Both the position numbers and the translations under genes were made by a program. From Candidatus Aenigmatarchaeota archaeon (GTDB taxonomy: Archaea > Aenigmatarchaeota > Aenigmatarchaeia > QMZP01), in assembly GCA_016783545.1 (NCBI GenBank), contig JADHWJ010000001.1:10369-74368 (forward strand): a stretch of 64,000 bases of DNA. The letters run 5' to 3'. The stretch's first letter is position 1. Every line of letters starts with the position of its first letter. Below are positions 10,552 through 18,900 of this stretch, in pieces. The notes under the pieces were generated by a model. That model did not search any database and was not told the origin of the DNA. It worked only from the letters and a program-made list of their open reading frames with translations.

Positions 10552-10812
10552 TTATTTCAGGACACTGTCATCTCCAGACATATATTTGTCCAGGTCTTGG
10601 GGAACCAACTTGCCTCTTGATAACATAGTACGGGCATTGTTTATTCTTTGAGATGTTTCAAGACTATCATCTTCATATTCACCTAAAATAGCATCATATC
10701 CTCGCATGGTCTCTTGATAAGGAGTATCGTTTGTTCTTGATTGTAGATAAAAGAATGGCCTTCCTTCTTTTTCTGATTGAACAAACCGCATGAATATTTT
10801 AATGTCGCTCAT
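10552..10812 (-). CDS. hypothetical small protein
   Basis: 86-aa ORF, no family recognised. Confidence 0.5.
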   Translation of the reverse strand: MSDIKIFMRFVQSEKEGRPFFYLQSRTNDTPYQETMRGYDAILGEYEDDSLETSQRINNARTMLSRGKLVPQDLDKYMSGDDSVLK

Positions 10813-10842
10813 AACATTCCTTTTTCTTTATATTTATAAGGA

Positions 10843-11043
10843 TTAAGCAGCGCCATCTGCTATCTCTTCTGCCTTTTCAAAGTTTCTTCCTCTTAGAAAT
10901 TCAAGAATAATTTTATCCCTTGCATGATTTATATTAAAATCTATGTTTATGGCATCCTCTATGAATTTTTCTTTGCCTTTTTGCCTTTCTTCCAGGTATT
11001 GCATTATAGCATCAACGTCTAGTCTTTTCATAATATTCTCCAA
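10843..11043 (-). CDS. hypothetical small protein
   Basis: About 62-66-aa helical ORF, start uncertain. Confidence 0.5.
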   Translation of the reverse strand: MENIMKRLDVDAIMQYLEERQKGKEKFIEDAINIDFNINHARDKIILEFLRGRNFEKAEEIADGAA

Positions 11044-11144
11044 TTGTCACTATTTGATAGTAACTGTTGTATAAGGGGTATTTAAAGATTTTAACTGCAC
11101 ACTGTGACCATGTTTTTAGAAATATAACAGTGTTAAGTGGGTGT

Positions 11145-12350
11145 TTAGAGTCTGAAATAGAATATTATAAGCGGCAAGATCAGAACTCCCATTGCACTGC
11201 TCCTTCTTACACCAAATAATGGTGCAAGCAGACCAATTGAAGTTGAAACCCATAGTATGAACAGACCAATTGGACCTGTGAGAATTGTTGTTAACCCCAG
11301 AAGAAAAAATATTATAATAATAGTTAGCATTCCATAATTAATTTTCTGCAAGCCGGTGATAAGCTTTCTCATTAATTTCAATAATATAAACGAAGAAATA
11401 CCTGCTGTAAAAACAGCAACCCCAAACAAAAGTATGAGTTCATTAAAGCTGAAATTAGGCAGTATCTGCTGAACAGCTATTGCTGCGCCTGACCTTGGCT
11501 TCGATATTGTATACAAAGAAATCAAAGAGAAAAGCGCCACTATTGTATTTATTGCACCTATTGAAACCAAGAATTCTTTATGATTCTTTCTTCTTGTTAT
11601 CTGCTGGGTTAAAATAGCTGCCTGGGACGCGCCAACACCAGGAAGTGTTCCTACAATGACTCCGCTAAAAAGACCTTTTACTATTCCTAGTAATGATAGC
11701 CCTTTTTTTATGTTTGGAAATTTGAGATTTTGTTCTGGTATCACTGTTCCCCTGTTAAGACTTATCAATAGGTTATTCATGCCAAAAAGCCCTGTGAATA
11801 AAGGGAACATTATCATATGTGAAGGTAGTATGTAAGAGTTTAGTGTTATGTAACCAAGAGTTCCTGATAATATGAAAATAAAACTAGCTTGTAAAATTTT
11901 CTTTATTTTTCTCTCTGTTGCTATAAGCACAACAGCCATTGTCAATAAAATCCAATGTATGTAGATGTGAATGTTCTGGTAAAATAAAGGAATGAAAAAA
12001 ATAAAAGCCGGAAACAGGATAAATGTAATCAGAACTGAAAAAAGTCCTCCAATAACAGTTAAATACAATGCTTCCAATCCTCTTCCCTCAAGAAGCATCT
12101 TATGTCCAGGAAGAACTGCAAGTGCTGTAGAGTCCTCTGGCGCCCCTAAAAAAATCGAGGGTATGAAATCAAAGAATGTGTGGGATATTGCCATTGCTAT
12201 TATAGCAACTGCAATGAAATATGGATTTATTGTTAAGGAGAGTGGTATTAACAAAAGGCTGATTGTATTTACATGAAGACCTGGTATAATGCCTGTTATT
12301 ATTCCAAGAAAACATCCAAATAAGCTGAAAATCAATATCTCAACTATCAT
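11145..12350 (-). CDS. TctA/DUF112 family membrane protein
   Basis: GIIPGLHVN, FFDFIPSIFLGAP, LPGHKMLLEGRG, LPGVGASQAA, PRSGAA, about 11-12 TM helices. Confidence 0.88.
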   Translation of the reverse strand: MIVEILIFSLFGCFLGIITGIIPGLHVNTISLLLIPLSLTINPYFIAVAIIAMAISHTFFDFIPSIFLGAPEDSTALAVLPGHKMLLEGRGLEALYLTVIGGLFSVLITFILFPAFIFFIPLFYQNIHIYIHWILLTMAVVLIATERKIKKILQASFIFILSGTLGYITLNSYILPSHMIMFPLFTGLFGMNNLLISLNRGTVIPEQNLKFPNIKKGLSLLGIVKGLFSGVIVGTLPGVGASQAAILTQQITRRKNHKEFLVSIGAINTIVALFSLISLYTISKPRSGAAIAVQQILPNFSFNELILLFGVAVFTAGISSFILLKLMRKLITGLQKINYGMLTIIIIFFLLGLTTILTGPIGLFILWVSTSIGLLAPLFGVRRSSAMGVLILPLIIFYFRL

Positions 12351-12739
12351 ATCTTCTCAAATTTTCCCTTTCTATAAACTAGCTCTAGTTCACCAGAACC
12401 CTTTGGATATTCATCTATAACTCCATTCATACAGAACATATCCCCACTTTCAATATCATATGGGTCTGTGTCAGTATCAATGAGGTCTTTTACCGTGCTA
12501 TTGAACATGACAAATTTTATTTTTCCTGTATCATCAACTATGTCTAGAAATATGTGTTTATTAGAAACTCTTTTCCCTTCAACAATGCCGCAGATAAAAA
12601 CTCCTTTTCCAACATCTCCAATTACTATTTCCTTTATTTTAATATTCTCAGAACCAATGTAACCAGAAATAAGAAAAAGTACCACCAGACCAACTGAAGA
12701 TGAAAATATTGCAAAATTTCTAAGGGTTTGCTCCCTCAT
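12347..12739 (-). CDS. membrane-anchored OB-fold protein
   Basis: N-terminal TM helix followed by OB-fold signature (GIVEGK...FLDIVDDTGKIKFVMF...GVIDEY). Confidence 0.75.
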   Translation of the reverse strand: MREQTLRNFAIFSSSVGLVVLFLISGYIGSENIKIKEIVIGDVGKGVFICGIVEGKRVSNKHIFLDIVDDTGKIKFVMFNSTVKDLIDTDTDPYDIESGDMFCMNGVIDEYPKGSGELELVYRKGKFEKI

Positions 12740-13662
12740 ATAAACTCAACCCCCCTCTTACCCAAGTCCACTAAAACGCCACCGCCACCGCAGGAGATAA
12801 TACTAACACCATTATAATTTCTTGCCCATTTCTTTTCAGAAAGTATCCACATTATATCTGGTATTGGTTCTAAAAGAAAATAGTCTTCCTCTGATTTTAT
12901 CATTTGAGGCTCTGGCTTTAGGTGTCTCTTAACAAGATAATCCACTACTATATTGGGGTTCACATCCTTCTCTGGTTTATAGACAAGAATGTTCATCTCA
13001 TTATTCCCCCTTGATATTGTAATCCATGAAGGGTTTGTGAAGTTTGTGAATACATTTTTTTCCTCCTTACCTTCTTCTGTGAATATGAAGTCTGCCTTTA
13101 ATTCTTTGTTAAGTTTCTTCATAAAAGCCACTTTCACACCATCTATTTTTCTTAGCCTATTTTCTTTTGGAATATTTGGAAATATGATCTTATTTTCAAG
13201 TAATTTTTCCTCTCTTCTCATTCCTTTTACAGCAATCACATCATCAATATCCACTTTATTTTTACTAATAACTTCCACACTTCCTGTCATGTCTTCTAGA
13301 ATAAAACCAGACTCTCTCATTTCCTTTACCATTCCTATTACAGCTACAATGGAAAAGGAGTTTTTTATATTATTTATTGAAACAGGATTAACTTTCTCTA
13401 ATAATATTTTTTTCAATCCATTATACCTATTGTTATAATATTTGATGAAATTTTTTAGAAGAAGTTTTTCCTTCACTACAACTCTTTTTATTTTTACATT
13501 TACTTTAGATTCTTTTTCAATATTCCCAAGAATTGTCTGTTCCTGGTTATCTGCCTTTTTCAGATAGAATTCAATATTTTCTTCATTTATATTTTTTAGA
13601 ACTTCTGGTGATAACAATACACCTTTCTCCACAAAACGCATCACTATTTCTTTCTTTTCCAT
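12736..13662 (-). CDS. PolD small subunit (DP1) homolog, shortened, phosphoesterase motifs lost
   Basis: DP1-like N-terminus (GVLLSPE), F..YY.NRY..LKKIL, OB fold (VIGMV..LEDMTG), RHLKP, DYFLLEPIPDI. Lies directly downstream of cdc6. Metal-binding His/Asp motifs are absent. Confidence 0.75.
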   Translation of the reverse strand: MEKKEIVMRFVEKGVLLSPEVLKNINEENIEFYLKKADNQEQTILGNIEKESKVNVKIKRVVVKEKLLLKNFIKYYNNRYNGLKKILLEKVNPVSINNIKNSFSIVAVIGMVKEMRESGFILEDMTGSVEVISKNKVDIDDVIAVKGMRREEKLLENKIIFPNIPKENRLRKIDGVKVAFMKKLNKELKADFIFTEEGKEEKNVFTNFTNPSWITISRGNNEMNILVYKPEKDVNPNIVVDYLVKRHLKPEPQMIKSEEDYFLLEPIPDIMWILSEKKWARNYNGVSIISCGGGGVLVDLGKRGVEFI

Positions 13663-13668
13663 TTTATT

Positions 13669-14916
13669 TTATACCATCCCCAATTTATTTTTCTGAGCAT
13701 CTAAAAAGAGATTGTCTGTTAAAAGATAGTTCTCTTTTAAAATCTCCCTAATCTTCTTTAGGATATTTTTTTCAAGGAGAACTTTGATCTCTTTTGACCT
13801 TCCATACCTACCCCTTGATATAATTTTCGTGTTTATTATACTGAGCATATCAAGTTCTCCTATAAGGTCTGATACCCTTCTCTGTGTTAAGACCTTAAGA
13901 CCCTTACTAACACATATTTTTTCATATAAGCTGAAAACATCACCAGTCTGTATGTTTTTGGGGTCTTTTTCAAGGAGCTTTAATATTGCGGCGAGAACTG
14001 CTTGTGATTGCCTTGGTTGGGTTTTTACAATCTCAACTGTTTTATCAGTATCTAATTTATTTTCTGCCTTGTCGAGATGCTCAATATTTATTTTACTATT
14101 TTTTTCTCGTTCAGCAATCTCCCCTGATATTCTTAAAAGATTCAGCGCTTTCCTAGCATCTCCATGTTCCTGTGCTGCGAGTGCGGCGCATTTTGCAATA
14201 ACACCTTCAGCTAAAACACTATCATCAAAGGCAAGCTTGGCCCTTTGGTTTAATATATCTTGTAGCTGGGCAGCGTTGTAGGGTGGAAATATTATTTCCT
14301 CTTCAGAAAGACTGGATTTTACTCTTGGATCCAGATTATCTGTGAATGTTGTATCATTAGATATTCCAATTAAGGAGAGTTTGGTTTCCTTAAGCTCTTC
14401 ATTTATTCTCGTAAATCTATAGAGGATATCATCTCCTATCTTGCTTACCAATGCGTCTATTTCATCTAATATTAAAACAACAACAGATTTCTTTGAGTCC
14501 AGTGTCTCATAAAAGATTTTAAAAACCTCATCTGTTGGTAGTCCTGTATAAGGGATCTTTTTTCCCATTATTCTTAGTATCTCAGCAATCATCCTATACT
14601 CTGTATCAGAAACCTTCTTCAGCTTGCAATTTATATAAATAACTTTTACATTATCTGATATTTTAGAAAGTTCTTTTGTAACATGTTTTGCAACACAGCT
14701 TTTACCAGTACCAACTGTGCCGAAAATGAATGTGTTGCTTACTCTCTGGCCTTTAATACTTGGCGCGAGTATCTTTGCAAGCTGATCTACCTGTTCTTCC
14801 CTATGTGGAATATCGTCTGGTATATACCTATCAGTTAGAAAGTCCCTGTCTTTGAATATTATAATTGATTCAGAAGCATATTTAGTAAATAAATCTTTTA
14901 ATGTTTGTTGTGCCAT
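13669..14916 (-). CDS. cdc6: Orc1/Cdc6 replication initiator
   Basis: Walker A GTVGTGKS, Walker B LILDEID, LDPRVKSSL, FPPYNAAQL, HGDARKAL, winged helix SRGRYGRS. ATG 14916 follows GGGAGA (alternative start 14928). Confidence 0.97.
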   Translation of the reverse strand: MAQQTLKDLFTKYASESIIIFKDRDFLTDRYIPDDIPHREEQVDQLAKILAPSIKGQRVSNTFIFGTVGTGKSCVAKHVTKELSKISDNVKVIYINCKLKKVSDTEYRMIAEILRIMGKKIPYTGLPTDEVFKIFYETLDSKKSVVVLILDEIDALVSKIGDDILYRFTRINEELKETKLSLIGISNDTTFTDNLDPRVKSSLSEEEIIFPPYNAAQLQDILNQRAKLAFDDSVLAEGVIAKCAALAAQEHGDARKALNLLRISGEIAEREKNSKINIEHLDKAENKLDTDKTVEIVKTQPRQSQAVLAAILKLLEKDPKNIQTGDVFSLYEKICVSKGLKVLTQRRVSDLIGELDMLSIINTKIISRGRYGRSKEIKVLLEKNILKKIREILKENYLLTDNLFLDAQKNKLGMV

Positions 14917-14928
14917 AAACTCTCCCAT

Positions 14929-15194
14929 CTTCCAGTGGAAATATTAACAATTTTATTTTAGATCTAAATTTTATAAGCTAGATTTCCGCTGGAAAAATAA
15001 AACACTGTAATAAATTATAATTTTGGAGTGGAAATGGTTTTTCCCTTTATTTTTACTATACCCACACCCACCATTTCCTATGGAGATATAACATAATAAA
15101 ATATAAAATATATTTTATAACAATGTTATATTATAAATAAAAATTTTCGATTTTTATTAAAAGTATTTTCCATGAGAAATCAAGGTCTCGGGGG
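14929..15194. promoter_or_regulatory. oriC: probable replication origin oriC (ORB boxes plus AT-rich DUE)
   Basis: Directly upstream of cdc6: mini-ORBs cttccagtggaaa (14929) and tttccgctggaaa (14983), inverted ORBs at 15061-15086 (-, tctccataggaaatggtgggtgtggg) and 15166-15194 (+), flanking a nearly pure A/T tract at 15087-15165. Confidence 0.8.
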
Positions 15195-15920
15195 TTATTC
15201 TATTTTATTTATCCTTTCAATTAATTCTTCTAGTTTCTGATCTTTGGTGATGACTAGAGGAATACCTTCTGCTTCAGCAATTCTTTTTGCGATTTCATCA
15301 ACTTCCCCTATACCATGAAGAACAACTAAGGCTGGTTTTAGATTAGTTAGTTTAATGGCAACCATTGGCCCTCTTCCTGTAGAAAGTTTTGTAAATATTA
15401 ACGCTCTCTGGGTTGTAGAACCGTATACATTTATCAGTTCTGTTGAAGAAAACTCTGTTATTGCCTTTAAAGAGTCTATTACACTATACCCATAAATCAC
15501 ACCACTACCATTAACAATGGGTTTTGCGTTTATTTTTTTACAAAAATCATTCACATCTATACCAGACGCAAATTCTCTCATATCGATTATAGCGTCTGAT
15601 AAAAGCGGCTGTTCGGTTTTCTTCGAAAATGATTTTAATATCTCTCCACCCACCTTTTTATCTATACTGAGCAAAGCCTCTATATATCTCTTTATTATTT
15701 TTATTCCAGGACTCTTTCTTCTACCAGATTCATAGTCAGATATAACACTTGATGTTATACCTAGCTCTTCAGCAAGTTCTTTCTGGGAGATTTTGAATAT
15801 ATTCCTCCATTTCTTTAAAACACTATTTAAATTATCTGAAAGAACAACCTCCCCTACAATATCCTTTATCAGTCTTTCCCTTCCCAATACATCGTCAGAT
15901 AGCTTAATCATGTTCGACAC
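15195..15920 (-). CDS. XRE-family HTH transcriptional regulator (archaeal COG1709 type)
   Basis: IVGEVVLS, ISQKELAEELGITSSVISDYESGRRKSPG, RALIFTKLSTGRGPMVAI. Confidence 0.88.
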   Translation of the reverse strand: MSNMIKLSDDVLGRERLIKDIVGEVVLSDNLNSVLKKWRNIFKISQKELAEELGITSSVISDYESGRRKSPGIKIIKRYIEALLSIDKKVGGEILKSFSKKTEQPLLSDAIIDMREFASGIDVNDFCKKINAKPIVNGSGVIYGYSVIDSLKAITEFSSTELINVYGSTTQRALIFTKLSTGRGPMVAIKLTNLKPALVVLHGIGEVDEIAKRIAEAEGIPLVITKDQKLEELIERINKIE

Positions 15921-15959
15921 CTAACTTATATTACTATAGAAAACTTTATAAATAGAGGC

Positions 15960-18900
15960 TTAGAGCCGCTTTTTATAGATACCTACTGAAAGGATTAGCA
16001 AAAGAATGATTGAAAATTCTTCTAAACCGGAAAACCCTGGTGGGAACCCAATATCTATTCTTACTTCACTTTCATCTTCAAATACCTCACCAGGAGGGAA
16101 CTCAAAAACATCAGATACAGCTATCATCTTCAATTTATAATCTTGGCCAGACTCCCTTGAAGGTATTTCAATGAAAAATCTTTTCCTTTCCCATGGCTGA
16201 AGCACAATATCTTCTATTACCCGTCCTTCTGATTCAACAAACTTTGCCAGGTCATAATCTTCCAAACTTAGGTCAATTGTTTGCGTTTCTCCGAGAAGCT
16301 CCCAAATAGTGACACCGAGTAGATATGTTTCTCCATTTCTGATTACAATATAATTTGAGTCAAATGCAGCCAATGGATGTGTTGTTATTGAATATTCTAT
16401 ATTATTATAATTCTCTGCCCTATCCATTAATTCCACATTTAATTTGACAAGACCTGTTTCATATAATATTTCTATTGGGCAGTTAACACTTCCTCCCCAA
16501 CTATCTCCAGAACCACAATCGTTCCAATCACCACCAGTAGTCCATTTCAAAACACTAACACCAGAGACAGAATCACTTGCATCAATATCCATCTTAACAT
16601 TACCAACATTTCCTGGTATTATTATCCAACCAACCACAGCCTTTATATTATCTATGAATGTTGCTGTATATTCTGGTGGAAGAACGTCTATTGTTGTTCC
16701 CATAAGCCTATTGATGCAATCAGGATCTGCCACATCATCTTCATCACAAACATCTTCAAGTAGTCCATCACTTTCAGAATAAAGACTGAACATAAAGGAG
16801 TAGCTGTCTGTATCACTACCCACCTCATCGTCTGAATCAAAAGTTAAAGATCCTTCAGTGCATTTATCTGGTGTGCATGTAAATTCACCTAAATTAAACC
16901 ACCTAGTCCAAGCAGTCTCTGGACCAGGTCTATTAGGGTTGGGGTTATACCTGTATTTAACAAAAAAGGAGTCCACTGGTGTTCCAGAACCGAATTGTAT
17001 TGGAAATGTAATTTTATTTATCCAATCTGGAAGTCTTGTGAAAAATGATGTCGGAGGGGTAATTACGATTCTTTTTTCCACTGAAACTAGAGGGCCGTCG
17101 TTTCCAACATTATCAAAGGGTTTGCATGTGAATATATATGTTCCTTCATCACCAGCCCAATTGCAAGAGAAATCACCGTTTCCATCCACATCAGCTGTCA
17201 ATATATATGTGAGGTCACCAGACCCATAATTACACATACTATATATATTCAATGGGGTGCCTCCCTCTTCTTTCAGACCAATCTCAAATTCCTTTATCCC
17301 AGATTCATCATCAGTTCCAGTTAGTGGTATAGTAAATGATGACGTAACAGGGGAGTCATCGCCCATTACACATGTTGGCGGGCCCAGGTCAGCGCCCACA
17401 GACTTTTCTTCTTCACCGGTATTTCCAGCCCGGTCAGTTCCTATTAGTTCGAATTTATATAGATAGTTGTTTTGAAGATTATCAAAAACTATTATTTCTC
17501 CAAGGCCAAATAATCCAGGAGTACCAAGTGTTGGTGTGCAGGGGTCTGTTGCTGGAGAACAGCTACCAGATTCTATTGAAATAGGAGTAATACCAAACCC
17601 AGAACCGCCCAGGTCAGAACCAGACCAACTCATGGTGAACGTATCAGCAACCCATGTAATCAGTCCCTCAACATAAAGAGCAGGGGTCACGATTAGAGAG
17701 AAGCTGGGTTCTTGGTTGTCAACCTTTACCTCATTGGTATTGGAAACAGTGACAACACCAAAGTCAGTGAAGATAATGTCAGCCTCAAATTTATAACATT
17801 TACCCGATTCCAGGCCTGTTACTCCAATAATCTCATCAAAAAGTGTTAGTAAGCCACCAACTTGGGTCCTTTCACTATAAGTTCCACACACACCATTAGC
17901 TAATGTCGCTGTCCTTTGGAAAATCTTGAAACCAGTTGAATCTTGATCACTCTTGGTTACAGTAATATCAAGAGTCGTATCCTGGGTAAATCCACCATCA
18001 TAAACTATTGACCCGGTTGCAGTGCCTATTGTTATTGATTTTGTCACCTCCTTTGAATTGTCTGCATTGTCCCATGTGATGGCTTTTATAATATAGCTTG
18101 ACTCTACTATAGTAACACCACAAACAGTCTCTGGAGGCTTTACCTCAACAACACCACTTTCTGGTAAATCACACCCATTATCATTATAATCAACAGTGCA
18201 TTCATCGGATTCATAAATACAGAATCTAGTTTTGTCAATGCCAGAAAGCCCGTCAGACGGTGTTATTTTTACATTAACAAAATCACTTCGAGTACATAGG
18301 TCATCATCACAACCAGTGCCTAAACAACACTCTGCTGCAATAGATGGGTCTGTTATATCTATCTTAACGCTTGTAAGAACAGAATTAGATTCACTTCCAC
18401 TAACATCATTTGCACCAAAATTAAGAAGATCTTCTTGTTCAGAAAGAGTGTTTGTATAATCATATTCATAGGTGCCTTTCATTGTCTTGGTATACCCAAG
18501 AGTTGGATCTGTTAGTTCAACACCATCAACCAGTGGCTCGCAGTCCCCTGAAGTTGCAATGCACATCTTTGTTGCTGCTATGTCATAAGCAGAGCTTACT
18601 GTGACTGTGATGTCCTGATCCTCATTAATCCACACATCATCGCTTCCATAATCCACTTCTAACACAACCCCTGCTGTTGAGACAGGGTCTGATGGGTTTC
18701 CTGCAACATCAATTGCCCTATACACCTTTTTCTTCCCTTCTGGAACAGTCTGGGTGTCATCACTGCAAGATGGATCTCCTTGATCTGGGGCTTCTTCATC
18801 ATTTATTAGGGGACAATTTATTGTTCCTTTCACCCCATCACATGTTCCAGCGCAGTTGCCGGCATCACTCACAGTACAATCGCTTAAAACATCTCCCTGG

